60,137 bases of DNA, filler included, from Hausera hauseri (GCA_046269625.1; 11 parts of 11 records of this genome joined end to end with filler, not necessarily neighbours in it), one strand, 5' to 3'; shown: positions 11,935 to 25,401, counted from the whole stretch's first letter. The notes: generated by a model not told the origin, from the letters alone. Translations and numbers: made by a program.

Positions 11935-14905
11935 GGCCGTACGTCCAACTCTTATTCCACCCCACCAATTTACGCTTATCATTGCATGATAAAGCGACTT
12001 TTGTATTGGTCACCATATACAGCTGGTGCTCAATCTATCGGATGATTGTTTGTGACAAGTCTTTCTTGTCCTCCTTTATAGACACGGCGATAATCACCGT
12101 GATTTATTTCCGTCTGGGCCAACTGAACTCCTTTGGCGTCCATTTTCGGTCCACAGTCAGTTAAAAGACTAACATTTTGGCTGTAGAAATACCCATTCCC
12201 TATACTGAACCCGACCTTCACTTTTATCCCTGAAGCAGCCGATTTTGTTTTTGATGGCATTTCTGTACAATGGATTATTCTGTGGGTAACTGGACGTATC
12301 CAGTAATACATCTGCCATCATTTGCTGTAGTAGTTGTTCGCGATTGACGTTTTCCAGTTCCAAGAAAAAAGTATCTGTGTCACCGGCTATTATATTGATT
12401 CATCCGCCGCCGCCGAACATTTGCCGGTAACGTGCCAAATCGCGATACTGCAGCTCATACATCCGCAACTTGCTCAGGTCCAATACCGCTTGTCCTATAT
12501 AATTTGGCCGGTCCAGTATGACTTCTTGCGTGTTTAAAGCACGGCAACTAACTAATCGGCAATGTGCATTGATCGCCTGAACTGTGCCTTACTCGTGTAC
12601 GTAACCAACCGCCTTTTGCTACTGCATTGTCGTACATTGAGCCGCTTTTTGAGCTGTTTTTTGTAGAGATAATTGTTTTTCAGTTTGTAATAGTCTTTTT
12701 CAAACTTCGTATAAGCTGAAGCTGGTTTTTCCGAATTCCGACTGATGTACGGCTTGAATATCGGAGCCTGTGAGAATCGGATTGTGCGATGTAACCTTGT
12801 GACGAGTACGCCCAACTGCATGTAAAATTGCAACAGACGCCAATGAACTATGTTATTTTGCTTGGGTTCATGCGTCATAAGCAGCTTTTCACCTTCGACA
12901 ACGGCGGACATTGGCTAACTGGTGCCACCCACAGTTCATCCAGAAAGTTATGCAGCTCATCTGGTACCACGAGATCGACTTCCATAATGTATTCGTTTCA
13001 GCTGTTTTCTGCTGTCGTGTATACTACCGACAGATTTTCCAGTATGTGTCCAGGTCCTGTTTGTCAACTACCCATTCGAATGACCCATACGGCAAGGGTT
13101 GTGAAAGCGCTCAGCCGTACAGGTTATTAATGTCGATATACAACAGTTATGTGGTATCATCACTGGTTACATGGTGCTTGTTGACATGTGTCATGCCGCC
13201 ACGAATACCAACATCAAACATTCGGTACATTTCCGGGTTTTGCAATAGCTCGATATCCCGATCTAATGAGATCAGAGCTGATGCCCAACTCATTCCGGAT
13301 ATTGAGTAAAAGTTAAGTGGCTCCAGCCTATCTTCTGCCAACGCTTTAGCTTGAAATGTCTGAAACACATTGGCTAACAGATACACGTACAATTTCAGAT
13401 ACTGAAGCAGGTACTTCAACAGGTTTCTGCAGCCGAACTCTGCCCAAAACGATTGTGCTTTGTGATTTTCTTCTTCTGTGATACCGGGCCATTGCGGTGG
13501 TAATGCGTCTTTCATCTGTAGCCGTTCGTACGATATCTCAAAGTCATACGGGAATATGCCTTTTGCTACGTGCAATATGTGTGGGGAACTGAGTCAATGT
13601 TAGCGAAACATCTGGCAAGGCATTTTCCAGTATTGCCAGAGATTCATTGAAAAATTGCAATGAATTGAGAAAGCGTACCTGGAACCGGTTTATACGAGCA
13701 GACAGTGACAGGTATTACTCTATCTTAGTCGGAATTACGAATAGTTTCCAGTTCGGAAATCTGTTTATTGACCATTTTAAAATATGGTGACAGTCACAAC
13801 CTCTGAAGTTATGAAAAATCACCGGTAGGAATAACCACACATGCCTTGTCAAATTACATGAATTACATGCGGCTCCGAGATATCGGCCGATAAAATTGTC
13901 GCGATCCGTACGACCCGTTCCTGTGCATCAAACGGTAATATTTTGTGGCACAGGTAACATTCATCTGTGACTGCAAACGTCAGGCGCTCATCTTCATCTG
14001 TCTACATCAAAGGTTTGTTGCCATTTGTACTGTACCATGATGAGATTTCCGTTTCTACTATTATTTCCAAGTGATGCAGGAAATCGTATATACAGTTCCA
14101 GTCATGAAAAACGTAATATTATGGTTGATCTGCGGCTTTTGTTGGAACAACCAACATAGCGACAGCGATTGGAACATGTTTTTGGTAATATGCGTTGTGC
14201 CGTGGTAAGATAGCTTTAATACCGGCATATACTAGATATACCGGATTGTCTGTTTTTGAGCAATCAGTGAACCTGAGTTCCCTTTTGACGGGCATGACAT
14301 ACATTGTGGTTTCTGACGAATTTTGTCTGAACAAAGTCATATATTTCTTCCATGTTGTTTCCGACCTGAATCCATGCAGACATACAGGACACCATATATA
14401 AAGTATACGCTTTTCGATGAACTGACCATGTTCTATGTTCAACAGTCTGTTCAAATTTGTCACGGCCACGTAATGGAATTTTCCGTCCTTTTTCTCTAAC
14501 AGCAATAATTTATTGGGCGTCCATTCGGGTTCCGACTTCTATAGATTACGTCCACATTAGGGTTCTTGTAAATTCCTTCGTCTCTCGGTATTTCTGCGAT
14601 TGTGTTGTACCAGAACACGTTAATTGATAGTGTCCGATTACGCTGTTCAAAAGTCAGAATGTTTTTCAATTTCATCGGCATCCAACATTAATCAAAGTCC
14701 TAACCGGAAAATACTGCCGATACCTATTTGGGGGATATGCATTGTCTATCCACTTGGTCATATTTTAATACGTCCAGAATGCTGTAAATGAAACAGTATT
14801 CGTCTTCAGTATTTTTTACATTCACTACCGCATAAGAGTGCTTTAGAGCTCTAGGTGTCGGTATGAATGTTCGCCCGTACAGGTAAATTATATCACTCGA
14901 CTTTG
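11935..14905 (-). pseudogene. Polinton/Maverick-type protein-primed family B DNA polymerase with endonuclease VII-like insert
   Basis: AVVNVKN..DEYCF, PVIFHNFRG, KGIFPY, GIRGG, LYIDINNLYG, EKDYYKLKNN, LDTSSYP..NPLY, KIGCF; C-x2-C...GAAC..CNL module. Confidence 0.9.
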
Positions 14906-15274
14906 TTATGATAAAGCCGAGGGTGTAATTGGCAATTTTTCCATCGAGATTTTCGCATACGTCGGCAATAAAATCGTCGGAATACGTTTCAGCTCAATGT
15001 GACAGATGCCATTGTTTCCTGTCACCCTGAAGATTTTCAAATTTTGAAAGTGCATAATATAGCACTTTGCATGGTGTTGGTGATGTTGTTTGATTTTCTC
15101 CACTTCGGATTGAAACTGCTTGGACACATTTTGTGGAACATGTCTCAATTGTGACATTGTTGTTGTTTTCGGTATAGCCGACATGTTCGCTTTTATGTCC
15201 ACGTACGATCTGTTCAGATCGTACTTGACTATAATGAGCGGTTCCTGCTGCTGCTCTGTATTGCTGCTTTGTAG

Positions 15275-15640
15275 TCATTCGTCAAGACTTAATGATTGAC
15301 GTTTCCTGCTTGTTGAGGGAATACTGGTTTTTGCTGCCTCCATTAATATTTCCTTTTTGGACCTCTGAAACTGGTTCAAGTGGTCCTTGTGCTCATTATA
15401 AAATTGTTCATAGTTGATTTCATCAACTATAGAACAACCGGGACAAATATAGGCCCGTTTACTGTGCACCGTTGTGGCGACATAGTATTGCTCCATTGCA
15501 CTATGACAACCATCAACGTCGTGCACTATACTTGTACAGTACCGTGGGTACATGGGGCAATGCACTAGCATCATCTTCTTCGATCGTGTAAACGGTCCGA
15601 GATGATACTTGTGCATCTCATAAAAATCGGGTACGGACAT
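15275..15640 (-). CDS. Uncharacterised Cys/His-rich protein upstream of pPolB
   Basis: Intact 121-aa ATG ORF with CPGC, co-oriented with the polymerase. Confidence 0.45.
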   Translation of the reverse strand: MSVPDFYEMHKYHLGPFTRSKKMMLVHCPMYPRYCTSIVHDVDGCHSAMEQYYVATTVHSKRAYICPGCSIVDEINYEQFYNEHKDHLNQFQRSKKEILMEAAKTSIPSTSRKRQSLSLDE

Positions 15641-16203
15641 TGGGCTGAAATATTATTACACGTCGGACACATGTCCAGACAAATGTTCTAATATTTTGCC
15701 ATCTGTTGATGGCACTGATCCCTTTCCGCATGTACGCGAGAGACGCAATACATGGGATATTGCGTGTATTTCTAAATTTAAACAAATTAACATTTAAAAT
15801 AGATTACAATTATAAATTAAATAAATTAAAATGGAACAGTACACTGAAAGTGAGATTCAAAGATTGACCGATGATATAATGATGGGACGTGTTTGATGTA
15901 CAATTTTTATGTGAGCTCGCAAAAACCCGAATAATGAGCAAGCGAGAATATTGAATTACTGGTCAGATCTCTTCGTAAAACGTATGGAGGACGAAATGAG
16001 ACGAAAATGGAGGGGATTAATTGCCTACTCATTGGACTTGTATTGTCTGCTTCTCTTTGTATTGTAATGAAAAAGTTGACTGACTGTATTTAATCACACA
16101 TTTGTACATATTTTGTTGCATTTGTTTTCGTGAATCAGTAATTTAGTTAGCGTGTCTTTGTTGTTGTTGCATTTCAGTATAAATACTTGTGCTTCATTAC
16201 GGT

Positions 16204-16544
16204 ATGACATTACGACATGTCCATTTAACAGAACTTATTCGTTTGTATCACTCGTTCGACAGTCTCCGGAGTCACCTTTACAATCTTGATCGACCTTTAC
16301 ATGATGCAACATACTATTCGACCGAAGAGATACTCCGGCGTGCTGAGGAAAATTGGAGGCTACGAAAACATATGACATATGAAGCAGGTTGTTGGTGGCA
16401 TGGATATGATATTCGGTCAGCTAGTTCGCACCTATTAGAAATTGGCGGATTACTATGCGTTGATGGCAATCCATGTCAAATACGGTTTGTGGAAGATTTT
16501 GTCAAAGGTGATTCCAACATTCCAACGTGGCAGTCAGCAGATCG
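16204..16544 (+). CDS. Uncharacterised protein, probably Polinton-associated (truncated by contig end)
   Basis: TATAAA at ~16178, ATG at 16204, open to the gap. Confidence 0.45.
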
Positions 16545-17170
16545 NNNNNNNNNNNNNNNNNNNNNNNNNNNNNNNNNNNNNNNNNNNNTTAATTAATTAA
16601 NNNNNNNNNNNNNNNNNNNNNNNNNNNNNNNNNNNNNNNNNNNNTGAATAGGTTCACTTGCTTCAAACCATGCACATGGTTTGCTCCAATCCATATCGTA
16701 TACTCTAAGTGACTAAGTTTTGGATATTCTTTCGTCTTGCCGCATATTGTAGTTTTTCGATTAGGGTTATCGACCTTGTCTTTGGTATATACGAAGCGAT
16801 TAACGATAAGGCGAGGACTATTTGTACATACGATATTGGTCTAGTCACTATCGAGGACGTTTTTTCTTTGTTCGTATAGTCCAATTTTGCTTTTCCCGAA
16901 CGCAGATTATAGCGCTTACTTGGCCTTATTTCCGTTTTGACTACTCTGGATTGATATGACTTCCTCCTTGCCATTTTTGTTTATATAAACGGTGGCTGGT
17001 GTGGTTTTGGTAACTTCGTAAGGTTCTCTGCCTGTTTTGGTGCCTTTCTTTGCTACTGAGTAATGTACGTAAACCCAATTTCCTGGTTCTAGGTCATGTG
17101 GTTTAGCCTTCTTGTCATATTGCCTTTTATATTATTCTTGGTATTCTCTGGATAATTCCTTGGCTATTTC

Positions 17171-18508
17171 TCAACACTTTTGTAATTTCAATTGTAATAC
17201 TTCGACAAAATTTTGCTCCAAGTCTTCCGTTCTGGTTGTATATGGAATCAGTCCTAAATCTGTAGGTAGTACAGCTTCTCCACCGTACATCATGAAAAAC
17301 AGGGTAAATCCTGTTGTAGGATGTGATGTAGTATTAATGACAAATTGTGTACCTTCCAAGAAATCGTCCCAATCCTACTGGTTTTTCGCGACTACTGTTG
17401 ATAAGATTCGTATAACTGTCGCGTTCATTTGTTCAACTAGTCCGTTACATTGGGAATGATAAGCTGTTGTGGTTAGTTGCTAGATTTCGAAAATTTTGGT
17501 AATTTTGTCTAACAGTTCGCTTGAAAACTTTCTTCCTCGGTCTGTCAAAATTTTTTCAGGCGGCCAATATCTGCAAATAATTTTCTGGACTACTACTTCT
17601 GCCAGGGTCTCCGCCTTTGGGTCTATTAACGCTATAAACTCGACAAAATGAGTCAATTGGTCTACACAGGTCAAAATATATTTATTTCTTTTGTGAGACG
17701 TAGATAACGGTCCTACAATATCCATGGACATTGCTTGCATTGGTCTGTCTGGCACATTGATGAGTTTGAGCTCAGCGATGTAGTTTTTCACTTTTCTCTG
17801 TTTGGTTGCGCATACTTCACAAGCATTCACCCAATTTCTTACATCGATGTAAATGCTCGGCCAATAATATTTATTTAATATTCTTCCCAATGTCTTCTTC
17901 CACGACATGTGTCCGGCTAAATATAAGTCGTGTTCGGCTATTAACACTTCCACACGTAGCCCTTTTGGTATGACGACGAATTTTTGTCCCTTTCGTTCGT
18001 AGTACAACACATTTTCGTGATTAAAATCTCCTGCAACGCAATATTTGTGACCATGTCGTTGTAGGTATTTCCATAACTGATGACTTTTTGGTGTTTTGTT
18101 GGTATCAACGAACTCAACAATTTGTTGTATAACTTTGTCTTTTCTCTGTTCGACAGAAATCTTTAATGCCTTATCCAGTGTGAGAGTCCGTTGCCTCTCT
18201 ACTAAGTCTTCAAGGTAGGCTTTCCTCATTACCGTAACTGCGCTTGTTTTAGTTTTAAGTCTTGACAATGCATCGGCGTCGACATATTTATTTCCGGGCT
18301 TGTATTGGAATTCAATATTGTAACGTGAGATCTCCTCTATCCATCTGTTGAGTCTACAGGTCGGATTATTTGCTCTACCCTTCAAAGTCGTAACTGCCTT
18401 ATGATCAGTTACGATTACGATCTTTTGTCCATAGACGTACACGTTAAAATGTCGCAGGGCTTCCTTCACCGCTAACGTTTCCAACTCCGTTACAGAATAG
18501 TTCTTCAC
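17171..18508 (-). pseudogene. RNase H C-terminus and integrase
   Basis: TDHKAV, ADALSR, HD...GH...YYWP...CEVC, MDIVGPL, ILTDRG. Confidence 0.95.
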
Positions 18509-18576
18509 GGCTTTCTTTAAAGAGCGTCATCCATATGCGATCGGTTGTTCTAGCTCCTCGTCTTCTCGTTTCTGAG

Positions 18577-19471
18577 CTAATTCATACCCAATGCCTTACT
18601 GGCGTCTGTTTTGATTATGAACGGCAGGTTGAAGGCAGGATATCTTAAAACGGGTTCACCATTTAGAATTTTCTTCATTTCATTGAAGGCTTTCTGTTCA
18701 ACGTCGAACCATTTCCATTTGATCCCTTTTTTAAGCAAGCGGTACAAATGTGCGTTTATCTTTGAATTGTCTGGTACATAGGTAGCATAATACCCACATA
18801 ACTCCAATTAGTGTATTAATTACCTTTGATTCTGGGGTTTTATGCAGTCCGATATTTTATTTAGAAAGGATTTATCCGGCTTTGATCTTCCTTCTCCGAC
18901 TATATGTCCAAGATAAGACACAGCATTTTGAGCCCATTTGCATTTCTTAGGATTTAGTTTTAATCCAGCTTGCTCCAATCTCATGAGTGTACCCTCAATA
19001 TACTTTAAATGACCCTCTTCCGTTTTTGACACAATCATGACGTCATCTAGGTAAGCGAACGCGTGTTCTAGTCCCATTAGCATCTTGTTCATCATGCGGG
19101 TAAAGATGGCTGGTCCGGTCGTTATTAAATTCGTATATACCGTCGTGTGTCTCAAACGCGGTTTTGTAACAATCTTCCTCTATCTCTACTTGCCAATATC
19201 CGGATTGTAAATCAATTGTGGTGAACCATTTAGCTCCAGAAAATCTATCCAGAGCTTCCTTTACCGATGGTAATGGAAAGGAGTTTTTCATCATAAGCGT
19301 ATTTAACTCTCGATAGTCGATGCAAAATCGGTGCTTAGTGGTACTTTTCTTCTTAACCATGAGGATAAGTGAATACCAAGATCTATAGCTTGGTCTGATT
19401 ATATCGGCCTTCAGCATTCGTTCAACCTTTTTGGTTATCTCTGGCCTTAACGAGTGTGGATGGGGTACCAT
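18577..19471 (-). pseudogene. Reverse transcriptase / RNase H N-terminus
   Basis: IDLQSGYWQV, KTAF, AYLDDVMI, YLGH. Confidence 0.95.
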
Positions 19472-20330
19472 TTCGGCATCTTTTGCTCCTCTAAATCTAT
19501 TTCATCGTTGGACACAGGCTTTTTCTTAAGTTGGATCGCGAGTCTTAAGGCTTTAGCTCGGCCAATATCTTCGTCTTTAGCAATGACCGAACTATGACGA
19601 CAAAGTAATTCATAAAATCGACAGTATGATTCTGGTGAAAATTTAGTTTTAACGTGGGGTGGAAATTCAGTACATTTATAAGGTTTCTCTTCGATGGTAA
19701 CTGCCGGTACTCTATACGTGTGTCCCAAAGTAGTATTGGCATATAGTTTGATAGGGGTGGGTGCATTATTCGCTACCCTGATTGGTACGCGCCCTGCTGA
19801 TACTATCGTTAAAACATTACTGATTACGATGTTCGGATTAAGAGATTCCTTCGGCTCAAAATATACTGGCTGATCATCATCTTGACGTATCTGAGCATAT
19901 ATTAATATTTCGGTTCTGGGTGGTATGTTTTCATCCACGGGAAACCACACTTCTCCGAATTTTCTGTCTTTAGTGGTTTTAATTCCTTTTATTGGGCCAA
20001 GTTCTATCAATTTCCCTGCATTGAAATCTATCGCTATGTTGGGTAGTTGTCTCAATAGATCGCACCCCAATACTACATCATCCGTTAGTTTCTCCATTAT
20101 TGAAAATTCATGATAAAAAGATTGTCCCATAATACGAATTTCTGGTCTCCATCGGAATTTGCTTTTAGACGATTGATCGAAGGCTTCGACACTTCCTGGG
20201 TCTGTTGTGGGAGATGGATATAATTGTTTCCGTAGGAATTGCGGTATTGAATCATACTTTATCAGTGATATTCTGAATCCTGTATCTATCAGTGCATAAA
20301 CGTCCCAATTTTTGCGAAGGGCCTTCTTTC
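19447..20330 (-). pseudogene. Aspartic protease and PR-RT spacer domain
   Basis: YALIDTG near 20280-20300; VVLGCDLL. Confidence 0.85.
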
Positions 20331-20854
20331 GATTACCGTACCGTAATAACTTGGTGCTATTTGGGGTGTCGTATCGTGGACACTTTGTAGCCGTTGATGG
20401 TAACTTCGGTGGTTCCGACTGGCTGATCGATTAATTGCCTTAACTCTCCAATTGGGTATAGTTAGTTATTCATACCATTCGCGTTTTCTGTTTCTTGTTT
20501 TCTAACTGGTAGCTGGATTTCTTGGTTTCTGAAATGGTGTTTCGCGGCTTCCGGTAAATGTTCACTGCCTTTCGTTTGGTTTAGGTATTCTAGGTGAATA
20601 AATAATACCGTGATCGTCGAATGCTAAGCGACGATGTGGGGCAGACGTCCTTTCCATTTCGTGGATCTTACGCAATATCCCGTAGCGTTTTATTCCTTCG
20701 TAAGGATCCTCTAGACTAAACGGCTTCCGATAGATCCCTGTCTGAAACGAACTCATAGATTGTTTCTCACAGTCTTCATATATAAGTGCCGTTGGCAGCA
20801 GTACTGGTAATGGTAGTTTAATAGCAGAGTAGTTTTGTGCCTGTTCGACTTGGA

Positions 20855-20872
20855 GATAACGTCTCCTCCCTT
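20855..20872 (-). promoter_or_regulatory. Polypurine tract and probable LTR start after the glycoprotein gene
   Basis: AAGGGAGGAGA-CGTTAT, matching the PPT-TGT junctions at 27855, 40792 and 56294. Confidence 0.65.
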
Positions 20873-21017
20873 AGACTCGTCATCGTCATAGTTATTTCTT
20901 CGTGTCTTACTATTTATGAAGTTTTGTCTGTAGTTGAATATGCGTCTTTTACGTTTTCGATTATGGTATCCAACATGTCGCTCCACATTCGCTTTCCATA
21001 TATTCTCTTCATAAGCC

Positions 21018-22871
21018 TTAATGGGTCATAATATCTGTTAGAATCTTACACCAGAATCCTGTAAAAGTGAATATCTCGTATCCATTTATAATCTCTTGAA
21101 TTATTGCTTTGACCAGTTGAATCAAGAAATAAATTGCTAGGAATCCTGATGAGGCTTGTCCAAATATCAGGAATCTCCCCCAAATTTTATACAATATTTC
21201 TGTAGTTACTCTTCGGTAGTAGTTGACACCGAGCAATGATTCCCACTTCGCTTGATAACGCGAGTCCTCTAGTATTGTATGCATCACTCTGTTTAATTGA
21301 TGTATGCGCTGACGGGAGAAAGCAAGGAACTGTCTGAACGCCTGTACTTCCTTCGGTCGGGAAATCCCCTTTGCGGCGGTATCTTGAAATTTATCATCGG
21401 TTATTCCTTTTATTAAATTTTTTCCGGTTAATTTGGTCGGTGGCATAATTATTCCGCCGTTTGGTAAACTTACCCAATCGGTTTCACTACGCCTGAACAT
21501 CGGTTCGCATAGGGTGGACATGCGGTCTCTCAAAATTGTCGGCTGAGCAGAGTTTGCCAACAATATTCTAGTAATTGGTGTTACTAACCTTGGTACGTCT
21601 TGGTATATTACTGGAAGTTTCTGTATACACCTCTTCTCTTCCATATTAATAGGTACATCTTTCTTTTCACATTCGTAGGTCAGTAGGACTTCTCCGGTTA
21701 CCCGTCCGAAAATGCATTCTTTCAATGGAATTATTGGTGATGCTAATTCAGGATTAGCATATGTTAAAGCCAGTTTACTCCGCATAACTTCCAAGTCCAA
21801 TTTGCAGTCATTTGTTATCATTTTGTGATATAAATCGGCTATTCCTGCTTGTGCTTTGTAGCAGAAATAGTCGTCTCTGTTTTTCAAATAATCTTCAATT
21901 TGAATATCTTGAGTCTCGAGCTTAAACGTCCTGGCGTTTATCGCCGTCTTAGCTACAAAGGATGCTTCACAATTGGTGGAGTACATTATGATATCGCACC
22001 TCGTGAGTACATTTTTCTTCACAAATTTTAATCCATTAGTGTCAGAAATCAGTATTCTGGGTGTGGACTGTTCGGTTAAATATTCTCGTGTTTTAGAGTT
22101 AGTTTCCGTGCTATTTATGTATTGTTTCCCTGTCGTTTCATTAAACTTAAGTTCTCTAATTCTGATAAAATAGCAATCGGTCTTGGCTGAAAGTTCCCAA
22201 ATTACCACGGAGCTTTTGAAGGAGCAAGTATCGTCCTGAATGTGGCACTTCTGGTTTTCCGTGTGAAGCTTAGTAACGCTATGGAACATTACCTTTTGTA
22301 GGCGAATTTCAATTTCGTAAAAATCTACTACTACGATGTTAGACTTTAGCCCTTTTCCAGTATCGTATTCTGCGCCATTACAATGTCCGGTGTGCATATC
22401 TAGTCTTCCAGCTGCCACTTTATATACTCTGATTATCTTTTCTTGTTGCATTTCCAATTCCATACCATTTCATTTTAATCTTCCAGTCTCTCTAGCTTGC
22501 TTACAATGCTAACGTTCCAAGTTCATCGGAACTGGTGGGTTTGTTGGCTTGACTAGCGATGAATGCCCATGTACCAATCCGCAATGGAAAATACTGCGAG
22601 ATCGTCGCAACATACATTCTATTCCGTCTAATGTAACTAATTCGCGTTGTTGGTACAGCACGTAATTTTTCTCTTTTGTTTCTAGTTTATGTGGTCTCGC
22701 ATCTTCACACATTTCTAAGTCCATTAATGAGTATTTTTGGCCAAGTTTAAATTTGTCGCATTCGTACACTGTAACTGCACCCATTTGACTTATTAAAATC
22801 ATCACGGTTAAGAAGTTAATTAACCAGTTTGGCTCGTTTCCTCTATTATTTCCGGTTACGTTTCGTAACAA
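21018..22871 (-). pseudogene. Chuvirus-like (class III-type) envelope glycoprotein, retroelement env
   Basis: Signal peptide, then VYEC...YSL..LEMC...YQQ...IEC...IFHCG..HGHSS...G.C.G..Y...NIVV...C......C......W......C; C-terminal WGRFLIFGQASSGFLAIYFLIQLVKAII..IINGY hydrophobic region. Confidence 0.8.
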
Positions 22872-25401
22872 GTCTTCAAATCTATTATTGCCAAGAAGGG
22901 CCTATTTTGATGTTCTTCTTCTTTTTCAAATAATTTGGACCAGTTTACTTCTCGGGGCAATTTCCTGGCAGCCTTCCTTGCCAAGCTAATGGTCTTATTA
23001 AATTCGTTTTCTCGGACCCGATTGATTTTAACGGCCAAATATAGCAACACTTTTCTTAACTTCTCCATGGTGTTTTCTACCATAATCTTCTCGATTACCA
23101 CTGCATCGCTTAAGGTGCTTCTGGATAATTTACACCGAAAAATTTTCATGGCTTTGGCTGCATTAAATATAGCCTTCTCTTTCTCGTTTAGTATATCACC
23201 ACTGAGACTAGAGTGGTTTACTATACGTATCAATTTTTTCATGAGTTCATTCAGTTCTTCGTCATCTGCACTGAAGGTCGGTACGGAAATTTGCCTCAAT
23301 TCTCTGATTAAGTCCCCATTATAATCGATTTCTTCTCGTGTCTTTCGCGGCCTACCGACAGGATGCTTCTGTTTTGTTACAGTCGGTCTGGTATCAATGG
23401 TTGGTACTAGATTCTTATCATATTGTTCCTTGTCTTCATCTGTTTGCAAGTATTCGAAGTACATTGCTGCATCTCGAACTCCTACAATTCGTCCTACCCA
23501 CTGTTCAGTCTTTGCCTTTGGTGGCCTCTTCTTTTGTTTTGTCGGTGGGAATTGTTACTACTATCCGGTTTGCTTCGTCTGGAATAATTCCAACTTCTAT
23601 TAGTAGTTCCAGTTCGTCTAATATTCTTCCTCTAAAATGAAGTCTACAGTTCAGCTCACTTGTATGACCATTACTCCTTAATCACAGTGCTACATCCTTC
23701 ACAAGAGAACGTGTAGTAAACTCGTGCTTCTTCTGATCCATTCAGTCAAACGTTATTCTTACTTTAATCGTCTCTTCGGACCTTGTCTTTAAGAATTTAG
23801 CATATTCTTTGATTAAAAGTTTTGGTGCGGCACTATAAATCGTAACTTCGCTGGCTAATTTAGTTAGGGTGGGAACTAACCGCCTTAACTGATTTTCGGT
23901 AAGGTTTGCATTGATTAACTTAATTAGATCCTTTTCAGTTTGTGATGAGTCCAGAAGCATCTCCACACTAAATCTCTGATCTGGTGGACACGTCTCCGTT
24001 TCGTACAAGTGCACGGGAGTTTTCGGGTTTTCGGCGAATATTGATTTAGATACGCGTCCCATTTGTTTTCGATTTCGGGTAGTCCGAAATCAACCTCAGG
24101 AGTTTCTAACGGCCGGACTAAGTTCTCATCTTTTATTGATTCTCTTAGTTTCCGTAGTTTTTGTTGCATTATAACCATTTGTATGGTTCGGAAACAACGT
24201 CCATTTCCAGAGGTTTGGCGTAATACTGTTAGCAGCTGACATAATTCTTCGGCTGGTATAAATCCTTGTTCTTGATAATTAGTTAGCTCAGAAGCTACAT
24301 CTCTTTGCCATTTTTGCACAAATTGTGACTTCTCAGGCTTTTCTGCTTCTATAAGAGCATACTTATTTTTATACATTTCGAGTTCTTTAGTTAGTTCGTC
24401 TAATCTTACCACTCTCTGTTTGGTTTTAATGCAAGTTTCTTCAATTTGTCGTATCTGTGGCTACAATTATCTTATTTTCTCGTCACTAATTTCTGCTATT
24501 TCCACCATCAGCAGTGCTAATTCATGCATCTCATTAATAATTTTTGAGTCTGGGTCTATTTCATCAAGTAATCTTTTTACAAACTTGGCCTCTTCAAAAT
24601 TAAGACGGTGGTCGTTCCTTACTTTAGTCAGTTTGGTACCATACCTTTGGTCTGTTCCAGCCATCCTTTCTCAGGGGTGGTGTAAGAACGTCACTACTTC
24701 GAGGGTCGACTGATATTCTTGGCAAATGTCTAAAGTTCTGAGATCTCGAACCAATATCTCCTCAATAGGTTTGGCTGTTAGATGTTGGATTCCTTCTAAG
24801 CGGATATTTCTTAATCTTGGATAAAAGTCACTAGTTAAATTCCGTTTTTGTATAAAATTTGTTTCTTCTGTCATTTTATATATATATATATATCATCCAG
24901 CATCTTCATTTCTTGCTTCTTTTTTATAAAGTTTAATTTACGTAATGCATCGAATTGGGTCCGGACGTCAATCTCTACCTTCATCGTATTTAAATTTCGT
25001 GCGTCTTCTATTTGTTTCCTTACTGTAGGCTCGCTCTCTGGAAATTCTTTTTTGCGACTTTCTAGCAGTTTACTCAACCTCGTTATTACTTAGGACCACT
25101 CATTCAATTGGTTAGCGATTTCTGGTTTTGCCCATATTGCCTGGTCTAACGTTTTGTGAACGTCTTCTAGTTCACATCTGGACCTTTAATAAAATCAATG
25201 ACCTGACGGGCGTAGTTGAACTCATCTTTATACTCATCAAACTCGAGGATACAGGCCGTAATTATTTTTTGTGTTTCATCATTATTTGTTTGCATAATTC
25301 TATTTCTTAGACTGCATATTTGCAATCTTTTTTCGGTTTTAATTTTAATCCGATTTTCCAGACTTGTATATTGTTTTGTTGCAGTAGAAGCGATTTTTAT
25401 T
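22856..25401 (-). pseudogene. Fragmented large accessory ORF upstream of env, helical and charged, function unknown
   Basis: Series of adjacent or overlapping co-oriented ORF pieces (25077, 24874, 24664, 24412, 24062, 23464) running into the env signal peptide. Confidence 0.6.

Larger units (their letters stand above)
16645..20760 (-). mobile_element. Degenerate large Gypsy element, gag C-terminus and pol
   Basis: ALIDTG...VVLGCDLL (PR), IPPRTE...VPIRVAN spacer domain, RFCIDYRELN / YLDD (RT), IKTDAS / ELETLAV (RH), H-H-C-C, DIVGPL, LTDRG (IN). Confidence 0.95.

Noticed and set aside
16645-25401. Single element with novel env-gag-pol order
   Set aside because: The PPT/LTR-start signature at 20855-20872 and a truncated gag favour a composite of two elements
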